From the IMG/VR virus record IMGVR_UViG_3300025313_000944, positions 23,333 through 87,332 of that record: DNA of 64,000 nt, one strand, 5' to 3'. Position numbers and translations under genes: made by a program. This document shows positions 37,094 to 46,286 of this stretch, one piece after another. The stretch comes from a virus. Position 1 is the first letter of the stretch. Each line of letters begins with the position of its first letter. The notes beneath the pieces are model-generated. The model was not told where the DNA came from. It did not search any database and worked only from the letters and a program-made list of their open reading frames with translations.

Positions 37094-37556
37094 GGTAGCA
37101 TACCTTAGGTGAAACTGGTACTTGACAAATAAAGTACCATGTGCATAGCGGTATCTTGTAAGTTTATTTCTAGGTAGCATACCAAACAAGATTTTGCCGC
37201 AAAAGTAGAAGTCACCCTTGTTTGGTATCTTTACTATATGTAGAACGGTACCACACCGTCAAGATATTTCCCACAAAAAGTCAAGTACAGCAAACTTGCT
37301 TGGTAGCATACCTACCCCTAGCTTGGAAGTCAGGTATGCTACCTATTCAAATTATTTCACTCCAAATATTTTCCGCCCAAAGAGTTAAGCCCGTTACGTA
37401 TAGGGACAAGACGGTACCACACCTAACTTTGCTGCAAAGATTGGCTTGGTATTATTTTACCGCTAATAAAATCTTTCCAAGTAAGTTGGCCTGTTACCTA
37501 GAGAGTGGGTGAAGTAAAGTTTGTGAGTAATTTCACTTATACTTCGGTAGCATACC
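37094..37556. repeat. Cluster of five GGTAGCATACC sites
   Basis: Exact copies at 37094, 37173, 37302, 37546; inverted copy at 37333. Confidence 0.9.
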
Positions 37557-37805
37557 GGGCTCTTATCCTGGGACTTCGTGAAATCTTTCACACAAGGGCT
37601 GGGCGCCGTTTCCTTGTCCAGCAAAAGCTTTTTGGATACTCCCCTGCTTGAAGCACATATATAATGAAGTAACTTGTAAAATGTAGATTTAATTATATAA
37701 CTGACATGTAAAGTTGATAGTTTATCGAATATCCAATGACTTCTATTTGTGAAAGGTGTCACATACTTTATGTTAATTATTCAGATGTGAATTAATTCAC
37801 ATCTG
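37521..37805. promoter_or_regulatory. Four GTGA-N6-TCAC palindromes (Rex/CRP-like)
   Basis: At 37521, 37576, 37747, plus perfect 24-bp CAGATGTGAATTAATTCACATCTG at 37782. Confidence 0.65.
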
Positions 37806-37824
37806 TAATCTCAGTAATTCTTAG

Positions 37825-37853
37825 TTGACAAGCAGTCCATAGTAGGATATACT
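37825..37853 (+). promoter_or_regulatory. Near-consensus sigma70 promoter
   Basis: TTGACA-N17-TATACT. Confidence 0.8.
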
Positions 37854-38043
37854 GTGGACAATCGAATATGACAAAAAACGGAAACGCGAACACTAGGCTC
37901 CCAGGACTTCCAAGAACGCTAGGGGAGAAAACGAAAGACACTCCGCCTAGACTGAAGGAAGACAGGAAAGTTAGATTGAATCGCGTGGGAATAAACAGAC
38001 GGGAAATTAATCATTCAGAGGTTTTGTATCTCAGGAGTAGACA

Positions 38044-38190
38044 ATGATAAGTAAAGGGGAGTTAATCGTGAGACTTCTCAACGGGGAAATTGAACTCCCC
38101 AAAGATTGGCGTCTAACACGCGCAGATACGATTAGGGCCCTGCTTTACACTCAGGATAATCGTATCCCCAAATTACTCGTAGGAGAATAA
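38044..38190 (+). CDS. 48-aa hypothetical protein
   Basis: AGGAG RBS; MISKGELIVRLLNGEIELPKDW... Confidence 0.6.
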   Translation: MISKGELIVRLLNGEIELPKDWRLTRADTIRALLYTQDNRIPKLLVGE

Positions 38191-38266
38191 ACAATGGAAA
38201 AGATACTAGATGCACTCCAATGAGCTAACTTTGTGTCTTAACAAAACTTTAGTCGAGAGAGGATAA

Positions 38267-38887
38267 GTGAACAAAATGGCTACAAAAGTAGAACAAGTTG
38301 TAAAATCGATTATGTCCCTTGGGGCGTTTGCGAGAATTGCGCAATTGCACAACCGCGCTTCACAGAAAAATTACATAGGCCAGCTTGTGCAAAACCAAGG
38401 AACGGAGTTCAATCTGGGCTCCGTCAATTTCAAAGGCTACAATTGGCAGAGTGAAAAATCGTCTCTGGACAAATCCGCAAAGAGCAGGGGATTATCCCTC
38501 ACCTGGCCGAAAGTGTTTGAGACTATCAGTCAATTGAAAACTGAGACATCGTTCACTCGCAAGATGACAGCTTATCTAGTCGCGATGTTTGCGACTAAAC
38601 TCAGCTGGCGTGATTGGCTCACAAGTCAATTCCTTATTTTTGCTTTCCACAACGACGCGGGGGAATTCGACGGGAACAAATGGGAAGCCTGGGCTCAAGC
38701 CAACGAGTACAGCATTGTGCTGCGCGACAAGCAAGGCGAAGTAGAATCCGAATTTGTCCCTTCCGCTAAACTGCTTGGTGCCTTAATCACTGCATCAGAG
38801 GAGTTAGCTAAGGTAGCAAACTACTCTTCCCACGATAATGTATCTGCTAGATCAGCAGATATCGATATCAACAAGTTGTTTGAATAA
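38267..38887 (+). CDS. Hypothetical protein (probable early gene)
   Basis: 206-aa ORF; alternative ATG at 38276. Confidence 0.8.
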   Translation: MNKMATKVEQVVKSIMSLGAFARIAQLHNRASQKNYIGQLVQNQGTEFNLGSVNFKGYNWQSEKSSLDKSAKSRGLSLTWPKVFETISQLKTETSFTRKMTAYLVAMFATKLSWRDWLTSQFLIFAFHNDAGEFDGNKWEAWAQANEYSIVLRDKQGEVESEFVPSAKLLGALITASEELAKVANYSSHDNVSARSADIDINKLFE

Positions 38888-38941
38888 AATCAAAATGGGG
38901 ACTATGACAGTCCCCTAACTTCAATAAGAGAGAATAGTCCG

Positions 38942-39103
38942 ATGAACAAGATTGTTTTGATCATTTTGATGTTTCTGTCTTTCGTGTTGTTTGCTTGTAA
39001 AGACCAAAATTCTTGGTCTTGTACGACGTTAGACGGAACGCCAGTGCCGCCGAATTGCACCCCTGACATTATCCCCACTCCACAGATGGGGATAGAGAAG
39101 TAA
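38942..39103 (+). CDS. 53-aa lipoprotein
   Basis: MNKIVLIILMFLSFVLFAC lipobox; two further Cys; IIPTP. Confidence 0.65.
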   Translation: MNKIVLIILMFLSFVLFACKDQNSWSCTTLDGTPVPPNCTPDIIPTPQMGIEK

Positions 39104-39149
39104 ACAACTTAAATCCAACGAAACTAGGATAAAGAGGTAGGAATAAGCT

Positions 39150-39338
39150 ATGTCACCCAAGACTAAGAGAAACTTCATTCTCGTGTTAGTTCCTGTCGTT
39201 ATGTTCCTTGCGCAGTTAGCCTGTATAGATGACGGGCCCCCAGTCAGTGTTGTTGTTCCTACTCCTATCATTGTTCCCAACGGAGGGGGAGTGATGGGCT
39301 GGGTAGCATGTGAGACTGGGATTGATAAGTGTGATTAA
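39150..39338 (+). CDS. 62-aa lipoprotein
   Basis: VMFLAQLAC lipobox; VPTP; two further Cys. Confidence 0.65.
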   Translation: MSPKTKRNFILVLVPVVMFLAQLACIDDGPPVSVVVPTPIIVPNGGGVMGWVACETGIDKCD

Positions 39339-39371
39339 TCCCAATACTACAATAGAATAGTACATTGAGAC

Positions 39372-39410
39372 AGAGCCAAGCCTTAATTGCTTGGCTCTTT
39401 TTTATTTTAT
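39372..39410 (+). terminator. Intrinsic terminator
   Basis: AGAGCCAAGC-N7-GCTTGGCTCT followed by T-tract. Confidence 0.85.
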
Positions 39411-39415
39411 TCTAT

Positions 39416-39520
39416 TTGTGAAAAGGTGCACAAGATAGTACCCGGTGTCACAATAGTGTGAATATTATCACAAGCCCCCCCCCTTCGTGAAAAAATTCAC
39501 GAGTAGAACACCGGTTCTAC
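39416..39520. promoter_or_regulatory. Three Rex/CRP-like palindromes and one LexA-like box
   Basis: 18-bp boxes at 39416, 39456, 39485; GTAGAAC-ACCG-GTTCTAC at 39503. Confidence 0.6.
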
Positions 39521-39744
39521 GGGGTGTGGACGTTGATTATGGTTAAAGAGTTTTTGGTTAATAACTTTACATAATATATATTGCAGGCATTAGACATGGT
39601 GTTTGTAATTATTACTCGACATAATATTTTATGTAAATACCGGTTAACAACCAGATTAAAATATTGGTACTACTCCTAATACCAGGTAAAACATCGCTTC
39701 CCCCGAAAGTTTAATTAAGTTGTATTCAATTTAACGTGACCAAT

Positions 39745-39912
39745 TTAGTGTTTCAGTTTCTCTACGTACTTCTGAAGCATAACTTTGAACCTCTTAGAAC
39801 CAGCTCCTTCTTCGGCTTGGGCTAGAAGTTGTCTGGTGTAGGCCAACAGAAGTTCACGACTATCCCTGAGTTCGTCTAGAAGTTTATCTTTAACTTCATC
39901 ATACTCATCCAT
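39745..39912 (-). CDS. 55-aa hypothetical protein
   Basis: MDEYDEVKDKLLDELR...; starts just after upstream stop. Confidence 0.6.
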   Translation of the reverse strand: MDEYDEVKDKLLDELRDSRELLLAYTRQLLAQAEEGAGSKRFKVMLQKYVEKLKH

Positions 39913-39914
39913 CT

Positions 39915-40226
39915 TTACCCCTTGGTCATGGCCGCCAATAAAGTTCTTATGGTCGCGGTTACTTCTTGTACCACAGCCGTGACTTCATCTTTAACCTTCA
40001 GCAAGGTTTGCAGGTGGGCTTCTTGCATCTCTAATTTCTCTTCTTGGAGTTCTTTGACTTCTTCTATGTGTTTTTGCAAGATAGCTTGGATTTGGTCACG
40101 CAAAGCTTCTACTCGTTTGTAGAGGTGCATGATGACCAGGATGTTGATAGCCGTGATCAAACCCAAGATACCTTTGTCCAAAAATTTTTCTAAGAATTGG
40201 TCTAACACTGTTTTTCCTTTCTTCAT
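39915..40226 (-). CDS. Putative holin-like membrane protein
   Basis: One TM helix plus coiled coil, directly after the tail fibre gene. Confidence 0.5.
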   Translation of the reverse strand: MKKGKTVLDQFLEKFLDKGILGLITAINILVIMHLYKRVEALRDQIQAILQKHIEEVKELQEEKLEMQEAHLQTLLKVKDEVTAVVQEVTATIRTLLAAMTKG

Positions 40227-40281
40227 ATACCTCCGCCCAAGGTTAATTAAATTGGTCAACCAAATTGATACAATTTAGTGG

Positions 40282-41865
40282 TTAAGTTACTTCGTAAGTT
40301 CCATTGAAATAAATTAAATCCCCGTTAGCCAGAGCAAAGCTGGGGTTTGATCCCACGTAACCAGCTTGATTGATGATAACTCGCCAATCGGTGGTTCCCT
40401 CGGCAAACAAGATACCCACATAGTTGGCCGTACCGGTGTCATTAACCCGGGCAAAGCCAAGTGGCATGATGGCATTTACGCCCCGTATGGCTGCTGGTTG
40501 TCCACCGATGATGATGTCGCTCCCACCAGTACCGGCGCTGGTGATAGTTAACACAGCGTCCAAATGGCAAATCTTATTGACGACTTTATATTTGCATACG
40601 TTAGCTGTTAATGTCACTGAGACGCCCTGTGTAACAGTTGGCGTCCAGGCATTCCAACCTGTCAAGGTCTTGGTTTCACCGCTACCATCCTGGTATTGTC
40701 CTCTGGCTGTACCCGCCGTGATAGTCACAGTTCCGGTGACTTTAACACCGCCCCGCAATTCGAGAGTAGCATTAGCGTTATTGAGTGTGATCCCACCACT
40801 GACTAGTCCACCTTCTACCACGACTGTAATGGTATCCGTACCAACGATGGAAATAGCCAATGATCCACTCTCATCGTCAGGTATGAAGGTACAACCTTTA
40901 AAGTTTATAGTTTTGGTGCCGCTGGCCGAGTTGGCTCTAAAAGCGTGCATGGGGCCAGGTGGAGTGCCACCACCCGCCCCCACAGCGTTGAATTCACAAT
41001 CCTCTATGTAGCTAGTAAAACTATCAGTGGTGCCAATTGATAATGCCGCAGCATTGCTGGACGCTGTGCTGGCAGTAAGTTTAGTTAATATGTGAGTTAA
41101 TTGGTGTTCTTTGGAAGCACCCGACAAAAATATCGTACCAAAATTGCCTGCCGTGCTATTATTTATGATAGCCCGTCGTTGACCTGTGCCTCTGATTTGC
41201 AACGACTTGTTGAAAGTCAGGGCCTCGTTGTATGTCTCAGAGTTAATTAAAATCGACTGACCATCTGAAGCTCCGGTGATAGCTGCACCAATGCTGGTGT
41301 AAGCTCCACTACCGGAAGTATCTACCGTGAGAATATCGGTATATGGCCAATTCCCGGCAGGGATAGTAACATCGGTCTGGTTATTACCAGAATCGTCAGT
41401 TACAGTAACGCCGGCACCGGTGAAGTTTAGTTTGGTTCTTTGGGGCAAACTAACCCCCTCATCTTGGATGACGTGTCCACTGCCACCGCCACCTGCGGTT
41501 AACAAGGCAGTGTCGATACCTTCTAGGTGTTGGTTTAAATTGCCGGAAGCCGTGACCGTATAGTTTGCAGGCACGTAACTGGGTTTGATAGTTTGACCAA
41601 CCCGAATCCGATTTAAATTATGCAGCAGAGAAGCGGCTTGTCCAGCCGGAATGATGGCATTACCAGATTCGGTTACGTCGAAAGTAATATCCGTTTGTGT
41701 CAATTTGCCGACAAAGGGTTGGATCGGTCCACCCACCCCACCACCAGAACCTCTAACTCCACCCAATACAATACGTTGGTTTTGTAAGCTACCTAACGTA
41801 AGTGTTAGATTATTCTGGCGTATTAAATTTAGTATGCGTTGTTCAAAATCGAGATAGTCTATCAT
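40282..41865 (-). CDS. Tail fibre/spike with beta-helix (pectin lyase-like) domain
   Basis: Gly-rich hinge IQDEG..LPQRTKLNFTGAGV; YTSIGAAI...ILI...TYNE cap motif; last gene of tail module. Confidence 0.75.
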   Translation of the reverse strand: MIDYLDFEQRILNLIRQNNLTLTLGSLQNQRIVLGGVRGSGGGVGGPIQPFVGKLTQTDITFDVTESGNAIIPAGQAASLLHNLNRIRVGQTIKPSYVPANYTVTASGNLNQHLEGIDTALLTAGGGGSGHVIQDEGVSLPQRTKLNFTGAGVTVTDDSGNNQTDVTIPAGNWPYTDILTVDTSGSGAYTSIGAAITGASDGQSILINSETYNEALTFNKSLQIRGTGQRRAIINNSTAGNFGTIFLSGASKEHQLTHILTKLTASTASSNAAALSIGTTDSFTSYIEDCEFNAVGAGGGTPPGPMHAFRANSASGTKTINFKGCTFIPDDESGSLAISIVGTDTITVVVEGGLVSGGITLNNANATLELRGGVKVTGTVTITAGTARGQYQDGSGETKTLTGWNAWTPTVTQGVSVTLTANVCKYKVVNKICHLDAVLTITSAGTGGSDIIIGGQPAAIRGVNAIMPLGFARVNDTGTANYVGILFAEGTTDWRVIINQAGYVGSNPSFALANGDLIYFNGTYEVT

Positions 41866-43445
41866 GCGAATTCTAGGTCCGTTGCCGTAATAGTAGGAAG
41901 ATTAGTATCCCTGTTTTCCCAAACCAAGCCGCCATCCGAAGAATAATCCACGATATTTGTTGCCGGATTTAAAGCCCCGATAAAAGTATGTTCTTCTTTC
42001 CTAGTTTGGCTTTCTGCAATCATATTTGTGGTAGAAAGCAAATGCCAACCACTAACTGTTGAATAAGAATAAGCCTTGTCAGCAGCCAAACCAGAAGTAG
42101 TTATAGTTACAATGATATTATCCGGGTTTGGAAGATCAGCATTTCGTAAACTAAATAATGTTGAAGCTTCTATAACATTTACACCACTAGGTGCTGACCA
42201 GCCGGTGAATGTCAAGCCTTGATCGTAACTACGCCGTACCAAATCACCATCTATATTACCAAAACAATGCACACCTTCATTTTGTGCAGAATGTACGCCC
42301 GGATGTACACCGGATACTGTAGAGGTTAGGATTTCTCTAACTTCAGTTAAACCGGAATCGACCCGCCAATACTCGGCTGTCTTGGCATACTTACCCAAAG
42401 TTGAGCAATAGACATAATTTCTATTTCTGTCGATGGATAATTTCTGTGAGCTACGAATATCACCGGTGCCCATTCCACCGCCCAAAGGCGTACGTTTCCA
42501 AACTACTCTGGTTGGTGTCGAGCTGCGTATGTAATTGAATAAAGCACTGTTGTAGCCCACTAATAACCAAGAGACATTTACAGTGGTACCTGCTGTTCTA
42601 TCTGTTACCCAACCACTGGTACCCAAGTAACGCACGATTTGGCTGCTGCCACCTATCTTGCCAACTGCCCACCAATAACCGTGCCAAGGTAGAATATATA
42701 AATTTTGGCCCAGCAATGTATCCGTCAAAAATTCAATAGATGCACTAGAAAAATTAGTAGTGGCAAACCATTGATCCAGATCGCCGGTTTTGGTACCAAG
42801 AAAATAATCTCCCATACCTAGTTCTACGTTGGTTATATCGGAGCTAATTGTTAACCAAGTGTTTATGGAATGAGGATAGCTAACTACAGGTGTGCCAGCA
42901 GCACCGCCCTCACCTGCTGCATACATACGAGTGCTAGTAGCAACTGCCTTACTGAATGTCTTCAGTGCAACAGAGCCACGATATGCTTCAAACCAATTTA
43001 TGCCATCGTAACTTCCAATTATATATTCATATTGGTTGGGAACTGTAGCAAAGCCAACTTGAATGAGTCCTCTAGAGTTGGCTACTAGGCCACTTGGAGA
43101 AAAGCCAGCCGAACCAAAACCACCAAATGAAATACCAGTAACGTCACCGGGTATTGCGGCTGATCCTATACTATTTGTCCAGTCGAACACCTTGGTGAAG
43201 CCAGCACTGGGGGTATATTTCCAAATTCTATCTAGTGAATGTGAAATATAAATAGCATCTTGCCAAAGAGCCATGCCTTTATAATTGCCGGCACTGTCTG
43301 GTACTGTACCTATTAGAGCTTTATTATAACTTGTGGTTTCATTTATAGTATATAACTCACCATTTTGGGTCAGAGCATATACCTCGCCATTATAATGTAC
43401 CCAACCTACCAAGTTGCTAGTGAATGATTCCCAATCAGTCCACAT
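41862..43445 (-). CDS. Tail protein, beta-propeller with Asp-box repeats
   Basis: SYDGINW, SYDQGLTF, SSDGGLVW. Confidence 0.65.
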   Translation of the reverse strand: MWTDWESFTSNLVGWVHYNGEVYALTQNGELYTINETTSYNKALIGTVPDSAGNYKGMALWQDAIYISHSLDRIWKYTPSAGFTKVFDWTNSIGSAAIPGDVTGISFGGFGSAGFSPSGLVANSRGLIQVGFATVPNQYEYIIGSYDGINWFEAYRGSVALKTFSKAVATSTRMYAAGEGGAAGTPVVSYPHSINTWLTISSDITNVELGMGDYFLGTKTGDLDQWFATTNFSSASIEFLTDTLLGQNLYILPWHGYWWAVGKIGGSSQIVRYLGTSGWVTDRTAGTTVNVSWLLVGYNSALFNYIRSSTPTRVVWKRTPLGGGMGTGDIRSSQKLSIDRNRNYVYCSTLGKYAKTAEYWRVDSGLTEVREILTSTVSGVHPGVHSAQNEGVHCFGNIDGDLVRRSYDQGLTFTGWSAPSGVNVIEASTLFSLRNADLPNPDNIIVTITTSGLAADKAYSYSTVSGWHLLSTTNMIAESQTRKEEHTFIGALNPATNIVDYSSDGGLVWENRDTNLPTITATDLEFA

Positions 43446-44803
43446 TACACGATCTCCACGTTAGTCCAAGTCAAGCCATTATTGGTGGTTTTGTGCAAAA
43501 AAACTTGGCCATCGGTCACGTCGTCCATTAATATATAAACTACACCCGAAGATATTGGGTCCATTTCTACATCTGTCCAATCGGTGACTACCACACCCGC
43601 CGGCAAAGTAGGCGTCTTATTTGACCAAGTATTACCACCCACACTGGTGTAATATACCCCACTCCTAGTGGCGGCCCACACCACATCAGCATTGGCAGAG
43701 ATACCTCTGACGTAACGAGAATCACCGGAGGGAATATTGCCGGTAACGTTTGTCCAAGTTAAACCAAGATTGGTAGATTTCCAAACACCTTGTCCATCTG
43801 TGCCGGCGTATAAAGTAATGGCAACGGTGATAGAGTAACCCCAAATAAATGGACAAAATTCATCTAGAGTCAAAGTCATCACGTAACCAGAGTTATCCAT
43901 CCTAGATTCGACTGTAGTTATCAAACTATTGCTTTTACTGTAGCTACTCCAAGATTCAGAAATACTAACTTCTTGGCCGATGTGATATTCAGGGTTAGGC
44001 AATACCTGAACTTGTTTGGTATCCCCCAAAACGGCAAAGTATGTAATCATTTTGTCGGCTAAATCTTGAGCATAAGATAAAGTTTCTACATAACGAGTGG
44101 CTACTACCGCAGTTTTAATTCTATCATCTAATTCACTAATTGTAATGGTAGCTACGGCAGAAATCGGGTACTTGCCGAAAACAATAGCTTTATTACGGGT
44201 TGGTTCAATGGTTGTGTCTCTGTGAAAATTCAACATATTTGAACCAGAAGCTATATTTTCGGGTGCTGTGCCGCTGAATTGATCCCCAAAATGAATGAGA
44301 CCCTCAGCATCCGAGTACATATAGAAGCCGCCGATAACCAACAATTCGCGGATGACATCCATAGCTGAAGAGTATTCCCAAGAAATACCATCGTCATTGG
44401 CATTACTTGGTACGATACGATTGTAGGTAGTATCGAAAGTATACGAAACACCAGCCAGATCACAGAAGAAGCCAATCCAATATTCAGCCGTTTCTCCTGT
44501 GCTTTCGTAAATTTGATCCAACCAATAATCCACCAGCTTGATAGATGGGTCAGAAATTTCCACAATATAACTGATAGGCATTCTACCTATATCTACGTTA
44601 GTTACGTAGCCGGTGAATACTTTGGTACCTTGCTCATGAATAACTGCCGTGTCGTATACAGTCGGGTCATTTGGCATATTGGAAGCAAATTCGACCGTAG
44701 CTGTAGACATAGTATCACACAAACTATGCCGTCTAGAAATTGAAGTTACGTAGGCACTGTAATTAGTTCCGCCAAGGACCACTTGAGGTTGTAGATTTAT
44801 CAT
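43445..44803 (-). CDS. Tail hub-like protein with C-terminal Asp-box repeats
   Basis: Similar to 44800-45759 (RNKAIVFG vs RNKVVVFG); KSTNLGLTW. Confidence 0.7.
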   Translation of the reverse strand: MINLQPQVVLGGTNYSAYVTSISRRHSLCDTMSTATVEFASNMPNDPTVYDTAVIHEQGTKVFTGYVTNVDIGRMPISYIVEISDPSIKLVDYWLDQIYESTGETAEYWIGFFCDLAGVSYTFDTTYNRIVPSNANDDGISWEYSSAMDVIRELLVIGGFYMYSDAEGLIHFGDQFSGTAPENIASGSNMLNFHRDTTIEPTRNKAIVFGKYPISAVATITISELDDRIKTAVVATRYVETLSYAQDLADKMITYFAVLGDTKQVQVLPNPEYHIGQEVSISESWSSYSKSNSLITTVESRMDNSGYVMTLTLDEFCPFIWGYSITVAITLYAGTDGQGVWKSTNLGLTWTNVTGNIPSGDSRYVRGISANADVVWAATRSGVYYTSVGGNTWSNKTPTLPAGVVVTDWTDVEMDPISSGVVYILMDDVTDGQVFLHKTTNNGLTWTNVEIV

Positions 44804-45759
44804 TTCGTGAGATTAAGACGCATGATGTACGTGTTGGTTAGCGAGTGGGTAATGTCATGTATGAAAAAGTCACCACTAGCCCCACTGAAACTTTCTGTAA
44901 CCGTTACAGTTTGGCGAGCATGGCGTTGGTATTGTCCGATAGTTTCTAGGCTGCAAGTCTCGGTTAATTTATTCCACTTGCTCAAATTGTAGCTAGCAGT
45001 GGTATTGGCCATAGATTGAGTATCAATCAAGTGGGATGAGATCACTGCCGTCTTGTAAAATCCAGCAGGTAAATATGGACTGGAAGCCGAAGATACCGCG
45101 GCGACAGGTGGTATGCCAAAGACCACTACTTTATTACGCAAGTTATCGGTATTCCTCGAACGATGTGCAGTTAAAATAGTACCGCTGCTTCCGGTTACGT
45201 AGCTGGCAACTGGTGCACCGCTAGGCGTTGGGTCGATATCGGCGAAATGAACGGTTCCAGAAGTATCGGCGTAGACGTGCCAAGCTACCACGTCAGACAC
45301 CATCTTGATAGCATCCCAGGCAAAAATTAATTGAAACTCTACAGGCATCTCACCAGTAGCGAAAGTAAAACCGGGCGATGCACCACTGAAAGAAATAATA
45401 CCAGCCTCGTTAAGCAAATCTTCGATTAAATCTTCGGCAGAGATATTGGTGCGGCTCCAAGGATTATCCAAGTCAGTAGAGACGATTAAGTGCTCGACTG
45501 CTTTGATCAAGACATCTTGAGCTTCGATAGTGTATTGGCCGGGCAATCTGTCGGCAGCAATGTCTTGGATGTAACCTTGAAAGACAGTGCCATTAGATGA
45601 ATCGAAACCAATATTGACAGTAATCAAATCACCCAAACCAAGACTGCCATAATTTGGCGTAACAATAGTACACCTAGAGCTTGGCTGTTCATACGATTCA
45701 AATACATCAATGCTGATAGCTTCGATGCCGCCGGTAATACTGTAGGTAATATTATCCAT
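44800..45759 (-). CDS. Tail hub (Tal/gpD-like) protein
   Basis: VFQGYI, YADTSGTVHF; position downstream of tape measure. Confidence 0.7.
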   Translation of the reverse strand: MDNITYSITGGIEAISIDVFESYEQPSSRCTIVTPNYGSLGLGDLITVNIGFDSSNGTVFQGYIQDIAADRLPGQYTIEAQDVLIKAVEHLIVSTDLDNPWSRTNISAEDLIEDLLNEAGIISFSGASPGFTFATGEMPVEFQLIFAWDAIKMVSDVVAWHVYADTSGTVHFADIDPTPSGAPVASYVTGSSGTILTAHRSRNTDNLRNKVVVFGIPPVAAVSSASSPYLPAGFYKTAVISSHLIDTQSMANTTASYNLSKWNKLTETCSLETIGQYQRHARQTVTVTESFSGASGDFFIHDITHSLTNTYIMRLNLTK

Positions 45760-46285
45760 TTTCTATCGGCCATTTATTTGCTATTTTCAAACATTGTTTT
45801 ACAAAATTTTGGCCGTGCAATTTATTTTTCATTTTGTTACACATCCAACAGCAAGGTATGGCATTTTCGTAAGTGTAATCACCAGTATTATCTACTCTGT
45901 CTACACCGCTATAAACAAATCCTGGATATTCCCCCATAACTTGGCTTGGTGGATTACCGCAATAGAAGCATTCTAATTCCAGCAAAGAACAAAATGCTTC
46001 AAATGGTAGTTCAAATTTATAATTACGTTCTTTTGCTTGTTTTATGTATCTTCTAAATACACGCCTTTTTGCCGCCCCAAAATTTGGTAATGTGCGCAAT
46101 TTGTAATGACAAGTTCTGCAAGATTTGGTATTTCCGGCTAATAAATTGCAAGTCAAAATTTCACGCTCTATACCGCAATTACAACGACATAAGTGTGTTT
46201 GGTTATCATCTTTTGACTTGCCAAGACTCAATACAACCCATTCACCGATTTTGGTTCCGTTTGGCAATACCTTAACTTTCGACAT
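45752..46285 (-). CDS. Free-standing HNH homing endonuclease
   Basis: CRCNCG, TKSC, CFYCG, GVDRVDN..DY...N..PCCWMCNKMK; AT-rich. Confidence 0.85.
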   Translation of the reverse strand: MSKVKVLPNGTKIGEWVVLSLGKSKDDNQTHLCRCNCGIEREILTCNLLAGNTKSCRTCHYKLRTLPNFGAAKRRVFRRYIKQAKERNYKFELPFEAFCSLLELECFYCGNPPSQVMGEYPGFVYSGVDRVDNTGDYTYENAIPCCWMCNKMKNKLHGQNFVKQCLKIANKWPIENG

Positions 46286-46286
46286 A

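Noticed and set aside
37094-37556. GGTAGCATACC copies as a CRISPR array
   Set aside because: Repeat is only 11 bp, spacing is irregular (79, 129, 31, 213), one copy is inverted, and no cas genes are present.
37222-37762. ORFs 37222-37512 (+) and 37463-37762 (-)
   Set aside because: No RBS, and they run through dense regulatory repeats; likely spurious.
37900-37975. Hammerhead ribozyme (CTGAAG and CGAAA present)
   Set aside because: No CUGANGA core and no three-stem junction; it folds as one interrupted hairpin.
40282-41865. Diversity-generating retroelement targeting the tail fibre
   Set aside because: No reverse transcriptase and no template/variable repeat pair seen in this window.
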